In this document: positions 37,050 through 46,659 of the stretch, in pieces | Numbering within the stretch: position 1 is the first letter of the stretch | Layout: each line of letters opens with the position of its first letter | Origin: an uncultured Opitutia bacterium | Lineage (GTDB): Bacteria; Verrucomicrobiota; Verrucomicrobiia; Opitutales; Opitutaceae | Assembly (NCBI GenBank): GCA_903896015.1 | Contig: CAITWF010000098.1 | Coordinates: 1-64,000, forward strand | DNA: 64,000 nt | Direction of reading: 5' to 3' | Program-made: the position numbers and the translations under genes | Notes under the pieces: generated by a model | Databases searched by the model: none | Told to the model about the DNA's origin: nothing | Seen by the model: the letters and a program-made list of their open reading frames with translations, nothing else

Positions 37050-39293
37050 TTAGGCGAGGGTGGAAAAATGCCGCGCGGTCGCGGTGGCGGTGCGGGCGAC
37101 CGGAGTCGCCGTCTCGGTGGCCGCGGTCACGGGATTCGCGCCCCGAGCACGCGCGGCAACCGCGGAAAACAGATCGTCGGCCTCGGCCCGCCGCCCGCGC
37201 GCATCGCGCTGCCGCGAGGCGGTGTCGCCGGAGAAAGCCGTAAAATTCGCGGACTCATTCGAGGCGAAAACGGGTGCCGCGATCCGCACGGAGCGATCGG
37301 CGTTGTCCGGCGTCGACGCCTGCCACTCGTGCGCGAGCGCACTGCGCAGTTCGGGTGAATCCGTGCGAAACGTCGTGCGCACTTCCTCACCGCGCAGCTC
37401 CACGCGCACCGCGAGATCGGCACCTCCGACGGAAAATTGCAGTTGCACCGCGTGTCGATCACCGGCGCTGAAGCGCTCGACAGCGGTCATCACCGCATCC
37501 ACCGCACGCTGACCAACCACGCTCGGCTCGCTCGCCATCATACCCGCGGGAGACGCGGAGAACTCCGGCACCGGTGCAGCCACCGCCCGCTCCAACGGAG
37601 CAACGGTCGGCGCGCGATCTGAAAATGTGCTGGTCGACATGGCGGCGGCAGATTTAGCAACGCCGATGCCAAGGTCCGGAGAGTGTATCGCAACTCGCTT
37701 GGCTGCAGCGCTTAGAAAAGTTTTATCCGATGCCGTCGGCATAAATTTTTTCTCGACTGCGAAATTTTGATCGAGGGCGGCAAAAATTTCCGCGTGGCTA
37801 GGAATCGCATTTCCGAACTGCACCAGACGCGACGAATCGTCCGCGGAACTTGCCGGAAGATTTTCGCCCACCCCACCTGCCGGCAAAGCGACGGTCGCCG
37901 GCGCTTCCGCCGCGATCGTTTCGACAATGGCCGCAGCGGCGGTCGGATTTGTCGCGGCCGCCACCGGCAGCACCGCGGTGGGAGCTGGCGTCCGCACGGT
38001 CATGGACTCGGGTCGCGACGATGGAGCCGACGGCTCGAAAGCCGGTGAACGGTCCGGCATCACGTCGCGCGCATCCGCCATCGCCGGATCGAAGGGAGAA
38101 ATAGTCGGCAGCACTGCCCCCAAGATTGCGCCCGACTTTGGTTCTGGTGAGGAGGCAACCGCAACGGGTAATTTGGTCAGGGCCGGTTCGTGTTCTGAAC
38201 TTTGCTGCATCGGCACGGCCTCGGGCGTGACGGAAGCTGGCAACGCGACTGCCGACATCACCGCGAACGATGAATTCCCGGCAGGCACCGTCACCGCGCG
38301 GCGCGGCGCGGGCGCAATCGGCTGCTCGGTTTCGCTCTCCTGTTCCGCCCCCGCCGCGATCGGTTTTTCGGCGACGGGCGACGGAGGCACTGTGGCAGAA
38401 AGCGAAGCGGCGGGCATGGCGGACACCGGGGCTGAGTCGATGAGGGACGATTTTTTTCCCGTCGAACGCGCCGCGGATGATTTGGTCGCCACGACGGTAG
38501 CCGCCGACGGACCGCCTTTACTCGGCGGGAGAGATGCGATCGGCGTCGGAGCAATCAATGCGCTCTGACCCTTGGAGTCCGGAGAAGCAATACCGGCGAC
38601 TGACGGCCTAACCATCATTCCCTCGCCACCTGCCGGGGCGCTGTTAGGAGTGCACACGAGTGCGGCACGGGGAGCCACTTCCTGAAACGGCGGCAAGTTG
38701 TCCGCCGAGTCCTTAATCGGCGCTTCGATCGGCGCACTGCTTGCGGCTGGCGCCGACGTCGTGACTGTCGGAACCGAGGACGGACTCGCACTGCCCGCCC
38801 ACAACCCTACCGCCCCTTTCGACGCATCCGGAAACTTGGAAGCGCTCGGGCCAAATTTTTGCGCGGGAAAAAGCATGCGCGCACTAGAGCTCGATATCGG
38901 CACCGGTGAATAGCCGTAAGCCGCAATCGGCGCATCTTGCTTCGATTCCAGCTGCACCCCGATTTCGGCAGACGCCAGCGTCGGCGCAGTCCGCGGTGAT
39001 TCGATAGCAATCCCGAGCGGAGCCGTGGGAAAACTCGTCGAGGCAAAATCTTCACTCGGTATCACGCTCGCGGCGGAATTTGCCGGCCACATGCCAGCCG
39101 GGGACGCCGCGGTCGTCGGCGCAGCGGTGACCGGCGTCGCACCGGTCAGTATCTGGGCGAACGCCGCCGGCAATCCGGCAATCTCATCTCCGACCGTTGT
39201 GGCACCGGGCGCGCACGGGCGGCCGGTGGCGACGGCAAAAGCGGCGAGAGGCGAATCAGAGGACGTGGTGGGTGCGGAGAGTTGCATGAACAA
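37050..39293 (-). CDS. fliK: FliK hook-length control protein, unusually long (747 aa), Ala/Pro/Ser-rich
   Basis: C-terminal Flg_hook domain (HAVQLQFSVGGADLAVRVELRGEEVRTTFRTDSPELRSAL). Long low-complexity N-terminal ruler. Position between flgD and the ylxF-like gene. Confidence 0.7.
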   Translation of the reverse strand: MFMQLSAPTTSSDSPLAAFAVATGRPCAPGATTVGDEIAGLPAAFAQILTGATPVTAAPTTAASPAGMWPANSAASVIPSEDFASTSFPTAPLGIAIESPRTAPTLASAEIGVQLESKQDAPIAAYGYSPVPISSSSARMLFPAQKFGPSASKFPDASKGAVGLWAGSASPSSVPTVTTSAPAASSAPIEAPIKDSADNLPPFQEVAPRAALVCTPNSAPAGGEGMMVRPSVAGIASPDSKGQSALIAPTPIASLPPSKGGPSAATVVATKSSAARSTGKKSSLIDSAPVSAMPAASLSATVPPSPVAEKPIAAGAEQESETEQPIAPAPRRAVTVPAGNSSFAVMSAVALPASVTPEAVPMQQSSEHEPALTKLPVAVASSPEPKSGAILGAVLPTISPFDPAMADARDVMPDRSPAFEPSAPSSRPESMTVRTPAPTAVLPVAAATNPTAAAAIVETIAAEAPATVALPAGGVGENLPASSADDSSRLVQFGNAIPSHAEIFAALDQNFAVEKKFMPTASDKTFLSAAAKRVAIHSPDLGIGVAKSAAAMSTSTFSDRAPTVAPLERAVAAPVPEFSASPAGMMASEPSVVGQRAVDAVMTAVERFSAGDRHAVQLQFSVGGADLAVRVELRGEEVRTTFRTDSPELRSALAHEWQASTPDNADRSVRIAAPVFASNESANFTAFSGDTASRQRDARGRRAEADDLFSAVAARARGANPVTAATETATPVARTATATARHFSTLA

Positions 39294-39349
39294 AAACCCT
39301 CCGTGGCGGACAACCGCGCCGATCCGTGGCGCGGAATAAAATGGAAAAC

Positions 39350-39970
39350 TCAGGACGCGGTCGGCGGCTTCGTAGCTTTCATCAACCGAAGTTTCTCGGA
39401 AAGAAGCGCGGCGCGGCGGGCGAGCGGCGTGCCGTCGGAGCCAAGCGTCATACTCATCTGCTCGAAGATCGCGCCGACGACGTCGGACTTCATCAGCGAG
39501 AGAATTTTCACCGCGGTCGTGTCGTCCATCTCCTTGAAGATCGCGACGGCTGCGCGCGGCGTGAGCGTCGCGTAGGTCTGCGACAGCGTGCGGATGTTTT
39601 TCTGCTCGTCGGCTGAAATCTCAATGACCTTGTCCGCGATCTCCTTGCGAAGGGCATCGATGTCGTCGCGGACTTTCGCGAGTTCCTTCTCCTCGGCGGC
39701 CAGGCGCGCGGCGCGCTGATCCTGCTGGTCGGACTGCTTGCGGAGGCGCGCGCGCTCCTCCTTGAGTTCGTTCGAGAGGTTTTCGATTTCAATCGTCCAG
39801 AAGTCCCAGCCTTTTTTCTTCAACTCCGTCGGCTCCTTCGGCGCATGGGCGGCGGCGGCCTGCTGGAGCAGCGGGCCGATCATTTTTGCACAGAGCGCGA
39901 CGCCGATGCCGACGCTAAGCAGGAGACTGAACGCGGCGGCGAAAATCGGGTTTTGCAGTTTGGCGATCAT
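39350..39970 (-). CDS. MgtE-N-domain flagellar protein (B. subtilis YlxF / MotE-like)
   Basis: N-terminal TM, coiled coil, C-terminal repeat LTPRAAVAIFKEMDDTTAVKILSLMKSDVVGAIFEQM. Same position between fliJ and fliK as YlxF in B. subtilis. Confidence 0.5.
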   Translation of the reverse strand: MIAKLQNPIFAAAFSLLLSVGIGVALCAKMIGPLLQQAAAAHAPKEPTELKKKGWDFWTIEIENLSNELKEERARLRKQSDQQDQRAARLAAEEKELAKVRDDIDALRKEIADKVIEISADEQKNIRTLSQTYATLTPRAAVAIFKEMDDTTAVKILSLMKSDVVGAIFEQMSMTLGSDGTPLARRAALLSEKLRLMKATKPPTAS

Positions 39971-40419
39971 GAAGGGGAAAGTTGCGGCGCTCGGCGCCGG
40001 CCGGCGAAGTCGTCGAGTTCGATCTGTTCCTCGCGCAGCGTGTCGAGCCGGTGCGTGGCACGGGCCTTTTGCTCCAGCCGGTTGACGACCTCGAGTTTGC
40101 GGTGCGCCTCGAGGTAGCCGGCGCGGCGTTCGTTCATCTCCGCGCGTTTCTCAATCATCGACCGCTCGGCGGTGGCTTCGGCGGCGCATTCGCGTCGATA
40201 GGAGGCGAAGGCTTCCGCGGCCGTGCTCGCGTCGAAATGCTCGCGGCGGCTCTCATACAACTCCGTCTCGCAGCGCGCGACGCGTGTGCGCGCGGCGGCA
40301 AGCTCGGCTTCAGACTGGACGTAAACGTGCACCGAGGCGGCGAACGCCTCCTTGGCCCGGAGTTCCTGGTGGGCACGCAGGGTCGCGACAGGGCGGAGTG
40401 GAAACCGGAAGCGTTTCAT
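39967..40419 (-). CDS. fliJ: FliJ export chaperone
   Basis: 150-aa charged coiled-coil protein immediately after fliI, overlapping start/stop. Confidence 0.65.
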   Translation of the reverse strand: MKRFRFPLRPVATLRAHQELRAKEAFAASVHVYVQSEAELAAARTRVARCETELYESRREHFDASTAAEAFASYRRECAAEATAERSMIEKRAEMNERRAGYLEAHRKLEVVNRLEQKARATHRLDTLREEQIELDDFAGRRRAPQLSPS

Positions 40420-41738
40420 GCGAGGAGTTGTTGGAGGTTGCTGAACGACTGCGCGCGCGGGGTGTGGTCGTGCACGCCCTGACGCAGAAAATTTTTCAGT
40501 GGCTCGTTGAGTGCGACCGCGCGATCGAGCGCGGGATTGGATCCCTTCTGATAGGCGCCGATCGAAACGAGATCCTCGTTCTTGCGGTAGAGGGCGAGCT
40601 GCTCACGGGCCTGGCCGGAAAGCGCCACCTCGTCGGGCGAGCACACGTCGCGCGTGAGTCGAGAGACGCTCTCGAGAATATCAATCGCCGGGTAATGGTT
40701 GAAATGGGCGAGCGCGCGGGAGAGCACGATGTGACCGTCGAGGATACCGCGCACGGCGTCGGCGACGGGCTCGTTCATGTCGTCGCCCTCGACGAGCACC
40801 GTGTAGAGCGCGGTGATTGCGCCGGTGGTCCCGGCGCCAGAGCGCTCCAGTAGACGTGGGAGCATCGCGAAAACGGACGGCGTGTAGCCGCGCGTCGTCG
40901 GCGGCTCGCCGATCGCGAGGCCGATTTCGCGCTGCGCCATCGCGAATCGCGTGACCGAGTCCATCATGAACAAAACGTTTCTCCCCTGATCGCGGTAGCC
41001 CTCGGCGATCGACGTGGCGGTGAGTGCGGCGCGCAGCCGCAGCGGCGCGGGCGTATCGGAGGTCGCGACGACGACGACCGCGCGCGCCATACCGTCGGGT
41101 CCGAGATCTTTTTCGATGAATTCGCGGACTTCGCGGCCGCGCTCGCCGACGAGCGCGATGACCACGACGTCGGCCTCGGAGGCACGGGCGATCATGCCCA
41201 TGAGGGTGGATTTGCCGACACCCGAACCAGCGAAAAGGCCGAGGCGTTGCCCGCGTCCAAAGGGAATGAAGGTGTCGATCGCGCGCACGCCGGTGACGAA
41301 GGGATCCTTGATTCGCTGGCGGCGCAAAGGATGCGGCGGCGTGGTGCCTCGCGTCGTGCGATCGATCGGGAGGAGACCAAGGCCGTCGAATGGATTACCA
41401 AGCGCATCGAGCACTCGGCCGAGCAGCTCCGGACCGGCAATCGGGAGCAGCGGCCGATCCGCAGCGGCAACTTCACAACCGACGTGCAGGCCCGCAGTGT
41501 CGCCGAGTGGCATGAGCAACACGCGGTGTTCGCGAAAGCCGACCACCTCGGCGCGCACACTGAACTCATCACGCACGGAGCGCACAAGGCAAAGTTCACC
41601 GAGCCCGACATTGGGACCGTCGGACTCGATCACGAGACCGGCGACGCCGGTCACCGTGCCGACGCGCTGCACTGGCGGCAGGTGACGGACCTGCGAGCGG
41701 AGCACTTCGACGAGCGGAGCGACAGCGGACATTTTCAA
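40416..41738 (-). CDS. fliI: FliI flagellum-specific ATPase
   Basis: Walker A GSGVGKST, Walker B VLFMMDSVTRFA; F1-type ATPase fold; 440 aa. Confidence 0.95.
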   Translation of the reverse strand: MKMSAVAPLVEVLRSQVRHLPPVQRVGTVTGVAGLVIESDGPNVGLGELCLVRSVRDEFSVRAEVVGFREHRVLLMPLGDTAGLHVGCEVAAADRPLLPIAGPELLGRVLDALGNPFDGLGLLPIDRTTRGTTPPHPLRRQRIKDPFVTGVRAIDTFIPFGRGQRLGLFAGSGVGKSTLMGMIARASEADVVVIALVGERGREVREFIEKDLGPDGMARAVVVVATSDTPAPLRLRAALTATSIAEGYRDQGRNVLFMMDSVTRFAMAQREIGLAIGEPPTTRGYTPSVFAMLPRLLERSGAGTTGAITALYTVLVEGDDMNEPVADAVRGILDGHIVLSRALAHFNHYPAIDILESVSRLTRDVCSPDEVALSGQAREQLALYRKNEDLVSIGAYQKGSNPALDRAVALNEPLKNFLRQGVHDHTPRAQSFSNLQQLLA

Positions 41739-41777
41739 ATTTTGATTTTCGTTTCGGGATTTTGGGGTTCCAAAATC

Positions 41778-41981
41778 TTATGAGCCCACAAGGAGGCGGC
41801 GCTGCGCGAGCGGATCGCGGGGCTTGAAGGGCGAGGCGGACTGGCCGCGCCAGGTCACATCGCGGGCCCGGAGCGCGGTGGCCGCGCGCAAGGCGGTGAA
41901 CGGCGACGTCGAATCATTTTGCTTCAGGGTGAGCTGGAGCGATTCGGCAAACAGGGTGGCGGAAGCGAGGTTAGTGTTCAT
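41778..41981 (-). CDS. Small hypothetical protein (67 aa) between fliH and fliI
   Basis: ATG overlaps the fliH TGA (ATGA). Ends 40 nt upstream of fliI. No family recognised. Confidence 0.35.
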   Translation of the reverse strand: MNTNLASATLFAESLQLTLKQNDSTSPFTALRAATALRARDVTWRGQSASPFKPRDPLAQRRLLVGS

Positions 41982-42559
41982 GCGGGGGCAAGGCTGTGTT
42001 CAAGGGACGAGAGTTTCGTGTGCAGCCGTGCATCAGTGAGGCCGAAGCGGCTGCGCACCTGGCAATCGCCGGGCGAGAGCGTGGCTTCGGTGCGGATGCG
42101 CAGGCCGGGGTAGCGCGTGAGCCAGACGGGATTGAGTTTTTCGAGCAGTGCCGCATCGCGCGCGCAGATCACGAGCTCGAGATTTTCGCGCTCAGGGAAA
42201 AGTTCGCCCAACGCCTCTTCGCACACGCGCGAAACAACCTCGGCAGGCGGTTCGTAACCCGCGAGCAGGCGGCGCGCGATCTCGACGGCGAGACTGGGAA
42301 GCGCGTCACGCAACTGCGCAACGAGCGCGGGCTCGAGCGCGGTTAGTTTTTGAAACAGTCCGTCGCCGAGCTGCCCGATGTCGGCGCGAAATTCGACCAT
42401 CTGCTGATCGGCGAGCGCACGCGTGGCGTCGACGCCGCGGCGGTAACCGGCCTCGTCGAGCGCGGCAAGTTCCGCGGGCGAGACAAATTTTCCAGCCGTG
42501 CCCGGTAGCGCCGCACCCGCCAGCGGGCGATCGAATGGGATGAGTTTCGCGTAGGCCAT
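41978..42559 (-). CDS. fliH: FliH export ATPase regulator
   Basis: 193 aa; C-terminal ...GDCQVRSRFGLTDARLHTKLSSLEHSL resembles the FliH C-terminus (GGCRIETD.G.IDA.IE.QL). Position between fliG and fliI. Confidence 0.75.
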   Translation of the reverse strand: MAYAKLIPFDRPLAGAALPGTAGKFVSPAELAALDEAGYRRGVDATRALADQQMVEFRADIGQLGDGLFQKLTALEPALVAQLRDALPSLAVEIARRLLAGYEPPAEVVSRVCEEALGELFPERENLELVICARDAALLEKLNPVWLTRYPGLRIRTEATLSPGDCQVRSRFGLTDARLHTKLSSLEHSLAPA

Positions 42560-42561
42560 GA

Positions 42562-43584
42562 TCAGTTGACGACGCCTCCGTCGCCATCGGACTCGAGCGT
42601 GATCTGGCCTTCTTCCTCGAGGCGGCGGACGACCTGAATGATCGCATCCTGCGCGGCCTCGACGTCCTTGAGGCGGACCGGCCCGAGCATCTCGATTTCC
42701 TCCTTGAGGCTTTCGGCAGCGCGCTTGGAAATGCTGGCGTAGAATTTCTGGCGCAGGGCCTCGCTCGCCGACTTCATCGAGATCGCGAGATTCGAAGAAT
42801 CGACTTCGCGCAGCACGCGCTGGAGATCCGCCGGCTGCAGGCGGTTGAGATCCTCGAAGCTGAAGAGCTTCTTGCGGATCGCGGCGCTCAGGGAGGCGTT
42901 GCGCTCCTCGAGGCGGGCAAGAAGGTTTTTGCTCAAATCCTTGTCGAGCTCGTTCATCAGATCGGCGACGGCGCGGACGCCGCCGCTGTGGCGGAACGTC
43001 GGGCGGACTTTTGAATCGTAGTGCTTGCCGAGGCTGCGCGCGATTTTGTTCACCAAGTCGAGCGACGTGCTTTCGATGGTGCCCAGGCGTTCAACGACTT
43101 CCTCGCGCAGTTCGGGTCCGAGAAGCGTGAAAACTTCCGCGGCCTTCGCACTGTCGAGATACGAGAGGAGAAACGAGATCGTCTGCGGTTGCTCGTGCTT
43201 CACGAGGTTGAAGATCTGGCGGCCTTCCATCTCGGAGATTTCCTTAATCACCTCGACCGAGGTACCAACGGCGGGTCCGACGCGGCCGATGATCGTGGAG
43301 GCCTTGTAATCGCCCTTGGCGATTTCGAGCGTGCGCTGCGCGTAGCCGAGACCGCCGAGCGTCGAGGTCATGCCACTCGCGACCACACTGGAAAATTCCT
43401 CGAGAGAAAGCTTCTGCACTTCCTTAGGAATGATCGTGTAGGTCGACATTTCGCGACAGATGAGCTCGATCTCAGTGTCGTCGAACTGGCGGAGCACGTC
43501 GGCGGCCGCTTCGGGACCGATCACGATCAAAAAGATCGCGAGCTTCTGCGTGCGGGAGAGTTTGCCGTAATCAAGGTCGCTCAT
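42562..43584 (-). CDS. fliG: FliG rotor switch protein
   Basis: 340 aa; armadillo-like repeats; C-terminal torque helix region (..NLLARLEERN...; ...SAAIRKKLFSFEDL). Confidence 0.93.
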   Translation of the reverse strand: MSDLDYGKLSRTQKLAIFLIVIGPEAAADVLRQFDDTEIELICREMSTYTIIPKEVQKLSLEEFSSVVASGMTSTLGGLGYAQRTLEIAKGDYKASTIIGRVGPAVGTSVEVIKEISEMEGRQIFNLVKHEQPQTISFLLSYLDSAKAAEVFTLLGPELREEVVERLGTIESTSLDLVNKIARSLGKHYDSKVRPTFRHSGGVRAVADLMNELDKDLSKNLLARLEERNASLSAAIRKKLFSFEDLNRLQPADLQRVLREVDSSNLAISMKSASEALRQKFYASISKRAAESLKEEIEMLGPVRLKDVEAAQDAIIQVVRRLEEEGQITLESDGDGGVVN

Positions 43585-43591
43585 GGGGTGG

Positions 43592-45223
43592 TCAGTTCTT
43601 ACCGGCCGGCTGCGCGCTGCCGGCGGCCACCCAGTCGCGCAGGGTCACGCCAACGTTGGCGGGTTTGGAGCGAATGAGTTCGTTGAGAAGTTCGGGGGTG
43701 ACGTTGCTCGCATTGGGGAGCGCGCGGGAAGCCGCGTCGGGCGTCATCGAGAGCACTTCGACCGGGACGGCCTCGGGCTTTTGCTTCGAGAACATGCGCC
43801 AGAAAATGATCAGCACGAGTGCGGCGCCGGCGACGGCGGCCCAGCGGCTCGCGAGTTCGAACCATGACTGCACGCGCGTCTCTCCGCTGACGGCTTCGAT
43901 CTGGCCGGGGAGCGGCACGGCGGCTTGGAATGTGACTTCCTGTAGCGACACGATCGACTCGAGCGGCTGACCGGGCTGGGCCTTGAGGCCGAGGGCGTTC
44001 ATCACGACTTGGCGGAGGGCGTCGAGTTCCTGTGCGGAGCGTTTTTGCGCCTGGGGCTGCGGAGCGGGCGCATCCTTCGGCGCGGCGGGATCGGCCGTCG
44101 CTGTGACCATGCGCGTCGCCAGTAGGACCGCAGCGGAAACGTTCTTCACGGTGCCGGGGGTTCGGGTGGTGTTGGTCGTCGTGCGATCAATTTCGTAGGT
44201 GGTGGTGCGGTTCTCGCGATTTTGTTCGGACGTGGAGACAGGGCGGGCCGCGTCCGTGGCGGTACCCTGGGATTTCTCGGGAACGTTGGCGCTGACGCCG
44301 GCGGCACCGCCGGCGGCGCGGGTTTCGGCGGTGTTGTTGATATCCTTGGTCGAAGTCTGCGAGCGGACGACTTGGCCCTCGGGATTCCATTTCTCGGAGC
44401 TGACGGTGGTGGCCTCGGTGTCAATGTCGGCGGAGACGCGGACGACGGCGTTGCCGGGGCCGATCACGGTGGCGAGCATAGTCTCGACCTTTTTCGAGAG
44501 GTAATCTTCGACCTGCTGCTTGTAGCGCATCTGCGAGGAGGCGGAGCCCAGTGTGGGATCCTGTTTCAATTCCTCGGAAAGCGTCCGGCCGCGATTGTCG
44601 ACGACGGCAACCTGATCGGGCGCGAGGCCCTGCACGGCATTGGCGACGAGATGGCGGATCGCGTTGACCTGATCGATCTCAAGGCGACCGCCACCGACAT
44701 CGACGAAGACGGACGCGGTGGGCTTGATGCCCTGTTCGGTGAGGAGCAGGCGATTTTCCGGCTGCACGATCATCACGCGCGCCGCGTGCACGCCCTGCAG
44801 CTGGGTGATGGTGCGGGCGAGTTCGCCCTGAATGGCGCGAAGGTAATTGGTGCGCTGCACGAAATCGCTGAGGCCGAACTGGCCCTTGTCGAAAATCTCG
44901 AAGCCCACGCCGTCACCGCTCGGCAGGCCCTTGCTCGCGAGATCCATGCGAAGCTTGTAAACTTGGCTGGAGGGCACCCGGACCGAGGTGCCGCCCGCGC
45001 CGACTTCGTGCGGGATGTTTTGCGACTCAAGGTAGCTGATGATTGCGGCGGAGTCCTTGTCGCCCATGCGCGCGTAGAGGAGCTGGTAGTCCGGCCGCTG
45101 CGACCAAAGCGCGACGCCAATCAACCCGCCAGCGACGGCGAGGGCGGCGACGATCAGCGAGACGCGTTGGTTGAGACCGAGCTGTTTCCAGAGGGCGACG
45201 AGGGACAGGCCAAAATTTTTCAT
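43592..45223 (-). CDS. fliF: FliF MS-ring protein
   Basis: 543 aa; N-terminal TM, central ring-building motif domains, second TM, C-terminal FliG-binding region. Confidence 0.93.
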   Translation of the reverse strand: MKNFGLSLVALWKQLGLNQRVSLIVAALAVAGGLIGVALWSQRPDYQLLYARMGDKDSAAIISYLESQNIPHEVGAGGTSVRVPSSQVYKLRMDLASKGLPSGDGVGFEIFDKGQFGLSDFVQRTNYLRAIQGELARTITQLQGVHAARVMIVQPENRLLLTEQGIKPTASVFVDVGGGRLEIDQVNAIRHLVANAVQGLAPDQVAVVDNRGRTLSEELKQDPTLGSASSQMRYKQQVEDYLSKKVETMLATVIGPGNAVVRVSADIDTEATTVSSEKWNPEGQVVRSQTSTKDINNTAETRAAGGAAGVSANVPEKSQGTATDAARPVSTSEQNRENRTTTYEIDRTTTNTTRTPGTVKNVSAAVLLATRMVTATADPAAPKDAPAPQPQAQKRSAQELDALRQVVMNALGLKAQPGQPLESIVSLQEVTFQAAVPLPGQIEAVSGETRVQSWFELASRWAAVAGAALVLIIFWRMFSKQKPEAVPVEVLSMTPDAASRALPNASNVTPELLNELIRSKPANVGVTLRDWVAAGSAQPAGKN

Positions 45224-45264
45224 CGAATGAAAGTGAGCGGGAAAAAATCAGTGAGGTGGTGAAC

Positions 45265-45597
45265 TTACACCTGCATGCGCATGAGTTCCTGATAGGACTC
45301 GACGAGCTTGTTGCGCACCTCGACCATCATGGAAAATGCGACCGAGGCTTCCTGCATCGCGATCATGCTTTGGTGGAGGTTGTCGGAATTGCCGAGCAGG
45401 ACGCTGCGCGTGGTGGCGTTGGCCGCGTCTTGCTTCGAGGCGACCGTCGCGACGAGTCCATCGAGCATGGAGCCGAAGCCCTCGTTCGGCGTCGCACCCT
45501 GCAAACCGCCCGGTGCCGCCGTGATCTTTGGAAGCGGCGCATCGATCCGGCCGAGGGCCGAGGGCGAAAGCGGGTTGATGGAGCCGATGGGTGACAT
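45265..45597 (-). CDS. fliE: FliE basal-body protein
   Basis: 110 aa; C-terminal ...IAMQEASVAFSMMVEVRNKLVESYQELMRMQV, typical FliE. Confidence 0.85.
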   Translation of the reverse strand: MSPIGSINPLSPSALGRIDAPLPKITAAPGGLQGATPNEGFGSMLDGLVATVASKQDAANATTRSVLLGNSDNLHQSMIAMQEASVAFSMMVEVRNKLVESYQELMRMQV

Positions 45598-45615
45598 GGG
45601 TGGGCGGGGGTAAAA

Positions 45616-46035
45616 TTATTTGCCGATGTCGAGCGCCTTCAGCGCCATCTGCTTCGAGTTTTTCACGACGGTGAGATTTGCCTCGTAGGCGCGCGACGCG
45701 GTGATGAGGTCGACCATTTCGTAGGACAGATTCACGTTTGGCATCATGACGAGTCCATCGGGACCGGCATCCGGATGCTGAGGATTGTAGACCTGCTGGC
45801 CCGGTGTGCGGTCGGGCGTGATCGAACCGATCTTCACGGTCTGCAGCGAAGGACCGCCCCCGGCGACGCGGCGCACCAGCTCAGTCTCGAACGACACGAC
45901 CTCGCGCTGATACGGCCCGCCGTTCGGCGTGCGCGTGGTCTGCGCGTTGGCGATGTTCTGGGCGACGATGTCGAGGCGCGTGCGCTGGGCGTTGAGCGCG
46001 CTGGCGGTGATGTCGATGCCGGAGATGAGATTCAC
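45616..46035 (-). CDS. flgC: FlgC proximal rod protein
   Basis: 139 aa; LDIVAQNIANAQTT...; C-terminal VNLSYEMVDLITASRAYEAN. Confidence 0.92.
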   Translation of the reverse strand: MNLISGIDITASALNAQRTRLDIVAQNIANAQTTRTPNGGPYQREVVSFETELVRRVAGGGPSLQTVKIGSITPDRTPGQQVYNPQHPDAGPDGLVMMPNVNLSYEMVDLITASRAYEANLTVVKNSKQMALKALDIGK

Positions 46036-46055
46036 GCGAAGGGAAAGTTAAATGC

Positions 46056-46445
46056 TCACGTGCCGCTGTGGCCGGTGATCGCGAGTTTGAGTTGCTTGAG
46101 GTTTCCAGAGACGACCTCGCTGAGGTAGTCGTATTCGACGGAGTTGCGGTTCATCGCGAGCAGCTCGCGCTCGATTTCGACGGTGTTGCCGTCGGGACGG
46201 ACGCTGCGCGCGGTCTGATCCTCGGCGAGCTGCGGCCGGAGCGAATCCGATGTCGCCGCAAAATCCCCCGCCTCGAGCCGCGATTTGAGCTGCGCCGCGA
46301 AGTCCGGCGCGATGTCGAGCCGGCGAAAGCCAGGCGTCTCGGCGTTGGCCACGTTCGTCGCGATCGCCTCCTGCCGAAGCGCGGAGACGTCGAGAAGTTT
46401 CCGCGCCAACTGGTAGTTGTCGGTCTGGAAAATGGGATCGATCAT
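46056..46445 (-). CDS. flgB: FlgB proximal rod protein (130 aa from MIDPIF)
   Basis: NVANAETPGFRR motif 27 aa after the start, as in E. coli FlgB; C-terminal ...YDYLSEV. N-terminal 80 aa of the ORF trimmed. Confidence 0.88.
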   Translation of the reverse strand: MIDPIFQTDNYQLARKLLDVSALRQEAIATNVANAETPGFRRLDIAPDFAAQLKSRLEAGDFAATSDSLRPQLAEDQTARSVRPDGNTVEIERELLAMNRNSVEYDYLSEVVSGNLKQLKLAITGHSGT

Positions 46446-46459
46446 GCGGTGGCAATTCA

Positions 46460-46474
46460 GCAAAGCCGGTGCCA
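46460..46474 (-). promoter_or_regulatory. Sigma54-type -24/-12 element (TGGCAC-N5-TTGC) 14 nt upstream of the flgB ATG
   Basis: Minus strand reads CTGGCACCGGCTTTGCTGAATTGCCACCGC-ATG. Exact match to both consensus hexamer and tetramer with correct spacing, in the flgB/cheR divergent region. Confidence 0.45.
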
Positions 46475-46659
46475 GCGATTTCCAACTGGATGTAAACCGC
46501 TTGAGTGCAGCTAAATAGAATTGATCGCGATCCCGCTTCAGTCCGCTCACGCGCGACCGAAGATCGCCGTAGGAAAATTTTGCCGCACCCGCGCGAGCGA
46601 AGATCACGAATCGCGCTTCAGTCGGCGGCGATTGAGACGAATGCACCAAGACAATCCCT

